Source: Candidatus Zhuqueibacterota bacterium
GTDB taxonomy: Bacteria; BS750m-G25
Length of the DNA: 34,644 bases
Reading direction: 5' to 3'
Assembly: GCA_016783505.1 (NCBI GenBank)
Contig: JADHWK010000022.1
Location: forward strand, 1-34,644
A program made the position numbers and the translations under genes. Positions 10,873-21,500 of the stretch are shown in pieces; the stretch's first letter is position 1, and the number at the start of each line of letters is the position of its first letter. The notes beneath the pieces are model-generated. The model was given only the letters and a program-made list of their open reading frames with translations, had not been told where the DNA came from and searched no databases.

Positions 10873-11693
10873 AACTGTCCCAACACGCATCCCGGATTCT
10901 GGTGGCGGTGGTAGGGATTCCGGCCCTGGTGGTTTCTGCCTGGTTGGGCGGGATTTTCTTTCTGGTGGTGGTTGAAGTCATCCTACTACTCTGCTTGTGG
11001 GAGTTCTACCGATTGGCCCAGAAGGGTGGGGTCTATCCCATTAAAATCCCCGGTTTTCTCTTCGCTGGTCTGGGGGGGTATTTGTTTTTCTGTGGGGTCT
11101 TGGGGATGTTTATCCCCCTCCTTTTAATCTATCTGATCATGATAGTACTGTGGGGGCTTTGGCAAAAGAAGGGGTCGGTTCTGGCTAACCTAACAGTATC
11201 GGGGTTCGGGGCCATCTACCTGACCCTTTTTCTGGGGTCGTTATTGCTGATCCGGGAGAACTTTAAGGGAGACTACTGGCTGGGGGGAATGGTGGTCATC
11301 TTTACCTTCGCCTCCATCTGGATCTGCGACACTTTTGCCTTCTACGGGGGGAAGGCTATGGGAAAGAAGTTGTTGGCCCCCTCCATCAGTCCCAAGAAGA
11401 CGGTCGAGGGGGCTGTTCTGGGAATGCTCGGGGCCCTGCTCACCTCCCTGGGGGGATGGTTTGTCCTTAAAGGGCAGCTTTCCCCCTTGGATTGCTTGGT
11501 CGTTGGGCTGGTGGTGGGCAGCATCGGTCAACTGGGGGACCTGGTGGAGTCTAAGTTCAAACGAGCGGTGGGGGTCAAGGACACCTCGGATATCCTGGCC
11601 GGACACGGGGGCTTTCTGGACCGGTTTGACTCCCTGGCCTTGACGGCCCCAACCTTGTACCTCTACTTCTGGGCGGTGGGGAGGGTGTGGTGA
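10869..11693 (+). CDS. cdsA: Phosphatidate cytidylyltransferase
   Basis: Highly hydrophobic; DTFAFYGG, ISPKKTVEG, GDLVES.FKR..GVKD, GHGGFLDRFDS. The GTG start overlaps the rlpA stop (GTGA). Confidence 0.95.
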   Translation: MKLSQHASRILVAVVGIPALVVSAWLGGIFFLVVVEVILLLCLWEFYRLAQKGGVYPIKIPGFLFAGLGGYLFFCGVLGMFIPLLLIYLIMIVLWGLWQKKGSVLANLTVSGFGAIYLTLFLGSLLLIRENFKGDYWLGGMVVIFTFASIWICDTFAFYGGKAMGKKLLAPSISPKKTVEGAVLGMLGALLTSLGGWFVLKGQLSPLDCLVVGLVVGSIGQLGDLVESKFKRAVGVKDTSDILAGHGGFLDRFDSLALTAPTLYLYFWAVGRVW

Positions 11694-11745
11694 TCCGAGA
11701 AATTCTCTTAATTTGAATTAGTGTTATTTTTTGGTTATTTTATCC

Positions 11746-11774
11746 TTGACTTTATGAAATAAATTAATTAATTT
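11746..11774 (+). promoter_or_regulatory. Sigma70-type promoter of cassette 1
   Basis: TTGACT-N17-TAATTT in an AT-rich intergenic region. Confidence 0.6.
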
Positions 11775-11825
11775 ATAACAAAATTTAATCTAATCAAACC
11801 CTTTATTAAAAGGGGGAGTCAGAAG

Positions 11826-14800
11826 ATGAAAGCAACAAAAGTTCTCACTATTTTTTTCTTTCTGTTCTCAGCTTATTTTGTGTTTGCTGGGACTACGGGG
11901 AAAATTGTAGGAATCATCACAGATTCTGAGAGTGGAGATCCCCTTATTGGTGTCAATGTGATCATTGAGGGGACTACCTTGGGTGCGGCCACCGATATGG
12001 ATGGATATTATGTAATCCTGAATGTTCCCCCTGGAAGGCACCACCTCAAGGCCAGCATGATGGGCTATAGGGCGGTTACCGTTACCGGCGTTCGGGTGAA
12101 TATTGATCTGACCACCTCGCAAGACATCAAGATGGCACCAATAGCTGTGGATTTGGGCGAAGTGGTGGTTGTAGCCGAGCGTCCGGTTGTTCAACCGGAT
12201 ATTTCAGCCAGTCAGGTAAATCTGAATATCAAAGACGTTGAAGCCCTTCCCGTTGTTAGTGTGGCGAGTGTTGTAGGATTAGAAGCTGGTGTTATTGACG
12301 ACTTAACGATCCGTGGTGGTGCTAGGGATCAGACAGCATTCGTGGTTGACGGTTTCACATTACGTGATGAGCGGGACAACACACCATATACTGGTATTAG
12401 CTATACGGCGGTTGATGAGATTCAAATTCAAACGGGTGGCTTTAACGCAGAATTTGGTAATATCCGCTCAGGTCTCATCAACGTTGTTACGAAAGAAGGA
12501 AGGCGAGATGGTTATCATCTGGGCTTAATAACGCGGTATAGACAGCCAGCACCAAAGCATTTCGGTCATTCAGCCGACTCACCGGAGTCCTATTGGATTC
12601 GTCCCTATGTGGATGATGCGGTTTGTTGGATGGGGACAACAAATGGCGCTTGGGACGAATACACACAAAAACAGTACGTTGAATTTGAGGGTTGGAATGC
12701 TGTATCTGAAAAGTTGCTTTTAGATGACGATCCGAATAATGATCTGACACCGGAAGCAGCCCAACGCCTTTTCATGTGGGAGCATCGAAGGGAATTGGAT
12801 ATTGTAAAACCGGATTATGATTTCGATATGAGTTTCGGCGGACCCGTTCCGTTTATTAGTGAGCCGCTTGGAAACCTTCGATTTATGGCATCTTACCGGA
12901 GGTCACAAGATATGTATATTATTCCACTTTCCGATGATGCCTATCGAGATTATAATGCACAACTAAAACTCACATCCAATCTTGCACCGGGAATGAAGCT
13001 GATGATTGAAGGAATTTTGGGGCAGGCAGCTGGCACGAATGATAACAATTCGGGCTATCCTGGGATATTCAGTGATTCTTGGAGCATTGGCAGTGCGTTG
13101 AGCAATGGTCCTAAATATATTGATGGCAGAATGTTTGGAACTGATTATTGGTGCCCCTCCAAAATTTCAAGAAATAGTATCGGCGCAAGATTTTCCCATG
13201 TGCTAAGCCCGACCACATTCTACAACGTAACCCTGCATCGGTTTGCATCCAGCTACGATACAAGTCCTGATCGTCTTCGTGATACATCCAGAGTGTATCT
13301 ATTCGGCAATAACTATTATGTGGATGAAGCGCCGTTTGGCTTTCAACCAAGCCCAAGTACTGGCATCGTTGGTTTAAGAATGGGTGTCGGGATGAGTAAT
13401 TCCCGGGATAGTAGCGAGGTTACATGGTGGTCCAGTAAATTCGATATTCATAGTCAGATTGATCGTCATAATTATATAAAGGCAGGGGTTGAGTTTATAT
13501 ATACCGATAACGCAGTCAACTACGCCTCCGTTGATGAATTCTTACCAAGCGGTCGAACAAAATCTAAATGGGAGACATATCCGGTACGGGGAGCCGTATA
13601 TGTTCAGGACAAGTTGGAGTTTGAGGGGATGATTGCGAACGTGGGCTTGCGTCTGGATTATTCGCACCCAGGTGGAGAGTGGTATGTATATGATCCCTAT
13701 GACAAGGCATTCTCAGCAAAATATTCGTTAGGGATTGACACTCTGCTCGCCAAAGAGCCGACAAAACGTATCTTTAATCTCAGTCCCCGGTTAGGAATTG
13801 CCTTTCCGATTACAGTGAATAGCAAGCTCTTTTTCAACTATGGGCATTTTAGACAAATGCCAACCCCGGAGAACCTCTATCTCCTAAGAAGAGAAACTTT
13901 AACTAATCATGTAACTCGGCTGGCAAATCCGAATAATCCACTTCCCAAAACGATCTCCTACGAATCGGGGTATGAGCATAATCTCTTTAATCAGTTCCAT
14001 GTTCGACTCATGGGCTATTATAAAGATTCGTCTCTGCAATCAAGGCTTGTGAGATATGTCAGCAGTGATAATAAGGTAAATTATAGTTTAACTGAGCCCA
14101 ACTCGTATCGGGACACCCGTGGTTTTGAACTTACAATTAGAAAGAATAGGGGGGAATGGGTTCGAGGGTTTATCAATTACACATACGAGGTGACCACATA
14201 TGGTAACTTCGGATTTTACTATTACTATGAAAATCCTGTTGAGCAGCGTAGGTATGAAAGTGAAACCCGATCCCATTACCAGGAGAAACCTATTCCCCGA
14301 CCGTATGCTCGTGCAAACATCGATTTCTTTACTCCAAAACCTTTTGGTCCTAAGTTCTTTGGAATCCATCCATTAGAAGATTGGCGATTGAACGTATTGG
14401 GAACCTGGCGATCTGGTTATCATCTTACCTGGACGGGTGGTGGAACTATTCCCGGAATAGTTAATAATGTTCAATGGAGGGACCACTATAATGTTGACCT
14501 TCGTTTGAGTAAAAGCTACCAAATAGGGGGCGCCGGTATTCAGTTTTTTATGGATGTAACGAATGTTTTCAATTTTAAATATATGACAAGATATGGTTTT
14601 GTTGATCCCATAGATTACAACGGCTATATGAAGTCTCTCCATTTACCGGCTGAAATTGGCGATGAGCTGGGTTATGGTAATATTCCTGGGGATGATCGCC
14701 CCGGGGATTATCGTACTGTTCCATATGAGCCGTACGATCCCGATGATCCAGATGAGGAGAGAAAGAAAAGGATTTTAGAAACGAAGGCTTATATAGATAT

Positions 14801-14879
14801 GCCCAATCAGCAATATCTCACCTTTCTTGACCCACGGAATATATTCTGGGGTTTGAAAGTATCTTTCGATATTAAATGA
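11826..14879 (+). CDS. TonB-dependent receptor 1 (N-terminal carboxypeptidase-regulatory-like domain, plug, barrel)
   Basis: Signal peptide, GTTGKI.G...GAATD.DG.Y.ILNVPPG, TonB-box-like GEVVVVAERP, plug IRGG and TGGFNAEFGN..SG.INVVTKEG, barrel motifs SPRLGIAFP, NYGHF, PRNI. Confidence 0.93.
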   Translation: MKATKVLTIFFFLFSAYFVFAGTTGKIVGIITDSESGDPLIGVNVIIEGTTLGAATDMDGYYVILNVPPGRHHLKASMMGYRAVTVTGVRVNIDLTTSQDIKMAPIAVDLGEVVVVAERPVVQPDISASQVNLNIKDVEALPVVSVASVVGLEAGVIDDLTIRGGARDQTAFVVDGFTLRDERDNTPYTGISYTAVDEIQIQTGGFNAEFGNIRSGLINVVTKEGRRDGYHLGLITRYRQPAPKHFGHSADSPESYWIRPYVDDAVCWMGTTNGAWDEYTQKQYVEFEGWNAVSEKLLLDDDPNNDLTPEAAQRLFMWEHRRELDIVKPDYDFDMSFGGPVPFISEPLGNLRFMASYRRSQDMYIIPLSDDAYRDYNAQLKLTSNLAPGMKLMIEGILGQAAGTNDNNSGYPGIFSDSWSIGSALSNGPKYIDGRMFGTDYWCPSKISRNSIGARFSHVLSPTTFYNVTLHRFASSYDTSPDRLRDTSRVYLFGNNYYVDEAPFGFQPSPSTGIVGLRMGVGMSNSRDSSEVTWWSSKFDIHSQIDRHNYIKAGVEFIYTDNAVNYASVDEFLPSGRTKSKWETYPVRGAVYVQDKLEFEGMIANVGLRLDYSHPGGEWYVYDPYDKAFSAKYSLGIDTLLAKEPTKRIFNLSPRLGIAFPITVNSKLFFNYGHFRQMPTPENLYLLRRETLTNHVTRLANPNNPLPKTISYESGYEHNLFNQFHVRLMGYYKDSSLQSRLVRYVSSDNKVNYSLTEPNSYRDTRGFELTIRKNRGEWVRGFINYTYEVTTYGNFGFYYYYENPVEQRRYESETRSHYQEKPIPRPYARANIDFFTPKPFGPKFFGIHPLEDWRLNVLGTWRSGYHLTWTGGGTIPGIVNNVQWRDHYNVDLRLSKSYQIGGAGIQFFMDVTNVFNFKYMTRYGFVDPIDYNGYMKSLHLPAEIGDELGYGNIPGDDRPGDYRTVPYEPYDPDDPDEERKKRILETKAYIDMPNQQYLTFLDPRNIFWGLKVSFDIK

Positions 14880-14917
14880 GTAATGTTAATTATAGCTAAT
14901 ATAAAATTGAGGTAATT

Positions 14918-17110
14918 ATGAAAATGGTTTTTTATGAAAAACGAATTTTAGTATTGCTTTGTTTGCTTTGTATTGTAACTTTTTTGGCAGGTCCAAATGA
15001 TTCCTATGCTCAATTCGATGTTAAATGGATGTCTGTCGGCTCACTTCATAATTGGTATTCCGAAATTGGCAGTGAGATAGAACATGGGTTTCAGCCAGTT
15101 CAACAATATGGGATGCAGTGGCCGGCTATCTATGAATATCAGGATATGCAAGCAGCTAAAGCGCTTTGGATCGGTTGCCGAGATTTTACAGATGAACGGG
15201 GTGATCTTTATCCTTTCAAGGTCGCACATGTCGGTCCGCGTGTGACAGGTGCCGGGGAGTTTTTTCCTATGAGGTTTGAAATAGTAAGTCGTTTTGAACC
15301 GCCATTGGTCTATGTGGACGGCGTTCAATCATATGAAAAGACCATTGACAATGATGATGTTGATCCATTAATGAAAGCCGATCGCATGATTATTAATGTG
15401 ACAAATTGTCAGGTTGGAATTACAATGACCCGTAAGATCATACAATTTAGCCAGCAGTACCATGATAACTACATTATTTCCGATTATAATTTTACTAACA
15501 CAGGTAATGTAGATGATGACCCAGAAATAGAATTACACGATCAGACGCTAGATAGTGTTTACTTCTTCTTCCAATACCGATGGGCTGTTAGCCGAGAAAC
15601 CCGTTATTTGATCGGTAATGCGACCGGATGGGGTATAAATTTTATGCTCGATGCCCGCGGAGACGGGGTAAAGGATGATCCACAGGATGAAGATTTCCGA
15701 GCTCAATATGGCTGGCATGGGAATTATCCACCATTTACAGAATACGATAATATTGGTGCGCCTATTTGCGACCCGAGTGGCTCCGCTGGTTATATCGGTG
15801 TGGCAGATACGGTGGGACGGCTTGGTTCGGCCCAATTCGTAGGCGCAGTAACCCTCCACGCTGATACATCCCCAACCGATCCATCAGATGATCCCTCTCA
15901 ACCTTCAACAACCATCTATGAATCTTCTGATGATCCTGAAACATCACAAAATGACCCCTATAATATTGTAAAGATGGAGTCTGAGTATGGTTGGATGTCA
16001 AAGGGGCATATGTCTCCCCGCCATGCAGATGTGGTCGAACCTGAGGGAAATTTTATCGAACCAACGGGCGATCCTGCTCTTGGTACTCCCGGTGGTTTCT
16101 CAGCTTGCAATGGCTATGGGCCTTATACATTGGGGCCGGGTGACAGCATTCGTATTGTGGTGGCTGAAGGAGCTTCGGGATTAAGCCGCCAGAAATGCAT
16201 AGAAATAGGTAGAATATGGAAAAAGGCATATGATGATCCGAATGAATCATACATCTTCGAATTGCCAGATGGGTCGACTATTACTGGGAGTTATAATGAA
16301 AAAAAAGCCAATCAGTTCAAAAATACATGGGTTTATACAGGAAGAGATTCTTTGTTTCAGACATTCCGACGAGCAATAGCAAATTACGAATCAGATTATG
16401 ATATTTCGCAGCCACCACAGCAACCACTCCCGCCGAGCATATTCAATGTAAATTCCGGGGGTGATAGGATCTCACTGACTTGGGAAGTCTATAATGGTGG
16501 CCAAAACCTGAACGGATTCCAGATCTACCGGGCTAAAGGCCAATATGATAGTACCTACCACCTCATATATGAAGCAGGTCCCGATGAACGAAGTTTTGAT
16601 GATACGCAATTAGAACGGGGAGTTTCATATTATTATTACATGGTGTCAGTCGGCGATGATATTCCAGCCGACCCAGATTTAAATATTCCAGCGGGCAGGC
16701 TACGTAGCAACCGGTATTACACGCAGACATACGACCCGGCATATCTGCAACGACCGGCAGGGAAAAAATTAAGTGGCATAAGTGTCGTACCAAATCCATA
16801 TAACATCTCGGCAGATACCGATAGATTGCTATTCCCGGGCGAACCCAATAAGATTGCTTTTTTCAATATACCCGGCTATTGTACTATTAAAATCTACACT
16901 GAAATTGGTGAATTGATAAAAACGATTGAACACACTAATGGAAGGGGGGATGAATATTGGCGTTGTACGACTTCTTCCGATCAAATCGTGGTGAGCGGTA
17001 TTTATATTGCGGCTTTTACAGTAACTAAAGATTATTATGATCCAGAGACCAATGAATTATTATACAAGAAGGGGGATACCGAAATTGTAAAATTTGTAAT
17101 AATTCGGTAA
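14918..17110 (+). CDS. Secreted TBDR-partner protein 1 with FN3-like domain and variant T9SS-like CTD
   Basis: SPI-type signal peptide; paralogous to 21825 and 30459; PP.PP.F.V.SGGDRI.L.W FN3-like domain; C-terminal VVPNPYNI...SGIYIA...KFVIIR. Confidence 0.85.
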   Translation: MKMVFYEKRILVLLCLLCIVTFLAGPNDSYAQFDVKWMSVGSLHNWYSEIGSEIEHGFQPVQQYGMQWPAIYEYQDMQAAKALWIGCRDFTDERGDLYPFKVAHVGPRVTGAGEFFPMRFEIVSRFEPPLVYVDGVQSYEKTIDNDDVDPLMKADRMIINVTNCQVGITMTRKIIQFSQQYHDNYIISDYNFTNTGNVDDDPEIELHDQTLDSVYFFFQYRWAVSRETRYLIGNATGWGINFMLDARGDGVKDDPQDEDFRAQYGWHGNYPPFTEYDNIGAPICDPSGSAGYIGVADTVGRLGSAQFVGAVTLHADTSPTDPSDDPSQPSTTIYESSDDPETSQNDPYNIVKMESEYGWMSKGHMSPRHADVVEPEGNFIEPTGDPALGTPGGFSACNGYGPYTLGPGDSIRIVVAEGASGLSRQKCIEIGRIWKKAYDDPNESYIFELPDGSTITGSYNEKKANQFKNTWVYTGRDSLFQTFRRAIANYESDYDISQPPQQPLPPSIFNVNSGGDRISLTWEVYNGGQNLNGFQIYRAKGQYDSTYHLIYEAGPDERSFDDTQLERGVSYYYYMVSVGDDIPADPDLNIPAGRLRSNRYYTQTYDPAYLQRPAGKKLSGISVVPNPYNISADTDRLLFPGEPNKIAFFNIPGYCTIKIYTEIGELIKTIEHTNGRGDEYWRCTTSSDQIVVSGIYIAAFTVTKDYYDPETNELLYKKGDTEIVKFVIIR

Positions 17111-17142
17111 TATGAAACAAATTTAAATAAATGGGTGGTCTT

Positions 17143-18159
17143 ATGAAAAAGTATATTACTTCAACTGTAGTTGGCTGTGCGTTTTTTATGCTTCTGTCAA
17201 CGGCAGGGTTAGGTCAATTACAGAAACTAGCTCAGACTGGGATGAAATTTCTAAGCGTTTCAACCGATGCTCGTGCAAGTGCCATGGGTGATGCCGTAAC
17301 CGCGCTTGAGGGTCATTCGTCTTCAATGTTCTTCAATCCATCAGGAATGGCACGCTTGAACAGCTTTGCGAATGTCTCGCTCGGTCAAGTCAGTTGGATT
17401 GCCGATATATACTATTCTTACGGCAGTGCCGCATTTAGCCCGGCAAAAGGACATTATGGGGTCTTTGGTATTACGTTCCTGTCAGTAGATTATGGAATTT
17501 TTAAGGGAACAATAAGAGATCCCGGTGAGCAAGGGTTCAAGGACACAGGTGACTTTAGTCCCAGTGCCACGGCTATTGGATTTGGCTATGCAAAAGCACT
17601 GTCCGACAAATTCTCAGTTGGTGGTAATATCAAATATGTTACACAGAACCTCGGAAATAGCATTATTGGATTTGACTTAGATGACAACTACCTGGAAAAG
17701 AGTTATTCCGAAGATGTTTATGCCTACGATTTTGGTCTTCTTTACCGCACCGGTTTTGAGAGTCTGACTTTTGGTATGTGTATACGAAATTTCTCAGAAG
17801 AAGTAAAATATGAAGATGAAGGTTTTCAACTGCCTTTGAGTTTCAAAATTGGTCTCAGTATGAATGTTTTGGATATTTATCAGGCTTTAGACAAGAAAAC
17901 GCAATCTCTCTTGCTTTCGGTAGATGCTGTTCACCCACGTGACTACCCAGAGCAATTGAATATTGGTGCAGAATATCTGTTTATGCGGAATTTTGCCTTG
18001 CGTCTGGGATATTCGTCGCCTAATGATGAACATGGCCTCTCTGCCGGATTTGGTTTCCAGCAGACATTTCGTAATTACATGTTGGCCTTTGATTATGCAT
18101 ACACTCCGTTCGAATTGTTCAATGATGTTCATAGATTTTCTGTACATTTCTCTTTGTGA
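17143..18159 (+). CDS. PorV/PorQ (UPF0164/FadL-like) family outer-membrane barrel 1
   Basis: Signal peptide; AQTGMKFL.V.TDARASAMG...FFNPSG family motif; alternating amphipathic strands; ends DYAY..F..F..VHRFS. Confidence 0.88.
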   Translation: MKKYITSTVVGCAFFMLLSTAGLGQLQKLAQTGMKFLSVSTDARASAMGDAVTALEGHSSSMFFNPSGMARLNSFANVSLGQVSWIADIYYSYGSAAFSPAKGHYGVFGITFLSVDYGIFKGTIRDPGEQGFKDTGDFSPSATAIGFGYAKALSDKFSVGGNIKYVTQNLGNSIIGFDLDDNYLEKSYSEDVYAYDFGLLYRTGFESLTFGMCIRNFSEEVKYEDEGFQLPLSFKIGLSMNVLDIYQALDKKTQSLLLSVDAVHPRDYPEQLNIGAEYLFMRNFALRLGYSSPNDEHGLSAGFGFQQTFRNYMLAFDYAYTPFELFNDVHRFSVHFSL

Positions 18160-18441
18160 TCGACCGGTTTAGAGTAGTCAATCTATATAATATTAGAATA
18201 AAAACGTGGTATTATGACGAAAAAATTCTATCTTGATCCGCTATGGTTTGAATATTGACAGTTAGTCTGTTCGATTCGGCTGTATTCTCCAAGAAGAAAC
18301 GTGCTCAACCCGGATTTCAGGTCATAAGCATGGAATTCGGCTACTTCTTCCAATACTTCTGGGCGGTGGGTAAGGTGTGGTGATGGAAAAGTTGATCTTT
18401 GAGAAATTTCCAGAAGAACAACAAAAAACAGAGTTTTTCTC

Positions 18442-18470
18442 TTGACATTATAGAATAAATTATTTAATTT
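18442..18470 (+). promoter_or_regulatory. Sigma70-type promoter of cassette 2
   Basis: TTGACA-N17-TAATTT; spacer similar to the cassette 1 promoter. Confidence 0.65.
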
Positions 18471-18560
18471 ATTAATAAAATATAACAATGAAAATTACAA
18501 TTAGTGTAACTAAAATTTGACCCTTCAAAGTGGGCCTTTGTCAAAAGGGAGAGTTAGAAA

Positions 18561-21500
18561 ATGAGAATAACAAAAGTTTTAGCCATTTTTTTCTTTCTGT
18601 TCTCAGCTTATTTTGTGTTTGCTGGGACTACGGGGAAAATTGCCGGCAGGGTATTTGATGAAGACACCGGGGATCCTCTGCCCGGGGCTAATATTATCGT
18701 AGTGGGGACTACCATGGGGGCTATGGGGGACATGAACGGGGAATATTTTATTATCAATATCCCCCCGGGTAAGTATACGGTTAAGGTGACCATGATGGGA
18801 TATAAGGCCATGGTAGTGGAGAATGTGCGGGTCAGCATTGATATTACCACCTCCCAGGATTTTGCACTGCCGGCGACCATTGTGGACATCGGTGAAGAGG
18901 TGACCATTATAGCCGACCGTCCGGTTATTCAACCGGACGTTGCCGCAAGCCTGAGGAATATTAGTTCCAGTCAAATAGAAGCGCTGCCAGTAACGACGGT
19001 TACAGAAGTCATTGGTCTTCAAGCTGGTATTACTTCTGCTCTTGGAATTCGCGGGGGCAGTTCAGACGAGGCGCTTTTTATGGTTGATGGAATTGCTCTA
19101 AGGGACGAAAGAAATAATCAGCCCATTACCAAAATCCCTTTAAGTGCCGTAAAGGAAATTTCAGTTCAGACGGGGGGGTTTAACGCTGAATATCATAATG
19201 TTCGTTCCGGTGTTGTCAATATTGTTGCCAAAGAAGGAGACCCCAAGTATTATAGTGGAACGATCACAATCAAATACGGTCCTCCGGCGTCAAAACATTT
19301 TGGGATTTCCCCATATGATCCCAATTCCTTTTGGCTCCGTCCCTATCTGGACCCCGATGTCTCCTGGACTGGAACCTCAGGCGAAACCTACGATGACCTG
19401 AATTCGAACGGTGACTGGGATGAGGAAGAACCCTTTGTTGATTACAACGGAGACGGTGAGTGGACAGGATGGGACAAATATACACAGAGACAATATCCCC
19501 CGTTCGATGGTTGGAATGCCGTCTCTAACCGCACCTTACAAGATGATGATCCCACCAATGATCTTACCCCGGAAGCAGCTCAACGAATCTATCTCTGGGA
19601 GAAACGCAAAGAGGGGCATATTACAAAACCGGATTATAATGTAGACTTAGGATTTGGCGGTCCGGTACCCGTTATTAGCGAAAGGTTGGGGAATCTCCGG
19701 TTTTATACCTCATTTCGGAAAGAGCAAAATATGTATCTTATCCCCCTTTCCCGGGATGCCCTTACAGATCGTAGCTGGATGACTAAATTAACATCTGACA
19801 TTACCCCGTCTATGAAATTAACAGTATTGGGACTTTATGGAGAAACGTATGCCGCCGCATTTTCCAGATCCGGGGGGACCTCCTACATGGAAGATACCTG
19901 GGATGTAGCCAGCACAATTGACCGAGCAGGTCATACTATCACCTGGAGATTATTTACCAATGATTATTGGTGTCCCACATCCCGTTATTATAATGCGGTA
20001 TCAGCTAAGCTTACGCACGTGCTCAATCCCAGCACTTTTTATGAGGTTCTTCTAAAACGCGTTGGGAAAAAATATCATACTTTACCAGGTCGCCACCGTG
20101 ATCGGACAAAAAAATACGAGATTTTTGAAGGGTACTTTGTTGATGAGGCCCCTTTTGGGTTCGATGAAGACCCTGTTTGGGGCATTGATGGCATGGGGAT
20201 GGGGGGGTCGGTCAGTACATCACGGGATACTAGCGAAATTATCACCACCACAGCCAAATTTGATTTCGTAAGTCAAATAAATCACAATAATCAGATAAAA
20301 ACCGGCCTTGAATTTGTTTACGATGATTTCGACATGAAGTTTGGGATGGTAAATTTGGTTTTACCCGAAGGCAACACCTGGACATCAATCGAAAGAAAAC
20401 CATATAGAGGAAGCATCTATCTACAGGATAAAATCGAGTATAAGGGATTCATTTCTACCATTGGATTGAATATGGAATACAGTAATCCAAATGGGAATTG
20501 GTATGTTGTAGATATTTATGACCGCGGTCTCTATTCATCGGATTATAAATCTGAAGATGAACCAAATATTAACATGAAAAAAGCTAAATCAACCATTACC
20601 CTAAGTCCACGTCTGGCCGTATCCCATCCAATTACCCAAAACTCAAAGCTCTATTTTAATTATGGACATTTCAGACAAATGCCAACTTCTGAACGTCTTT
20701 ACAGGGTTCAAAGGGATGTAACTAATAAAATAGACTATATTGGCGATCCCACCCTGCCGCTTGCTAAAACAGTAGCCTATGAACTGGGATACGATCAAGC
20801 CCTTTTTAATATTTATCTGTTGCACCTGGCAGCATATTATAAAGACATTTCCGACCAGGAAGACTGGACCCGATATATTAGCTGGGATGGTAAGGTAAAT
20901 TATCGAACATTGACCAGTAATAGCTATGAAGATATTCGTGGCTTCGAAATTGATCTCACAAAGATGAGGGGAAGATGGATGACAGGAAATGTTAACTATG
21001 AATACAGGGTGGGGACGTCCGGCTATTTTGGCTTGAAAGAATACAATGAAAATCCGGTAGATCAACGAAATTATTTGCGGCAAAATCCTTATCAGGAAAA
21101 GCCTCTACCAAGGCCCAGAATTAAATCTAATATAGATTTTCACACCCCGCCTGATTTCGGTCCAAAATTGGCCGGACAAAGACCCTTAGGTGGCTGGCAT
21201 TTGAACTTTATAGCGAGATGGACTGCTGGTTCGTGGTTTACGTGGAATCCAAATAATATAGCGGGAATCGAATATAATGTTCAGTGGAAAGACTATCATA
21301 ATGTTGATCTTAAAATGTCAAAAACATTTCCCTACGGAAATGTTAAATTAACATTCTTTATGGATGTTAATAATCTGTTTAACGTAAAAGATTTTTCCGG
21401 AGAATCTTTTTATGATTCCCATGATTATGATTACTACATGGAGTCGTTGCATCTGCCCGCCAGCATTGGGGATGAACTGGGATACGGTAACATTCCCGGT

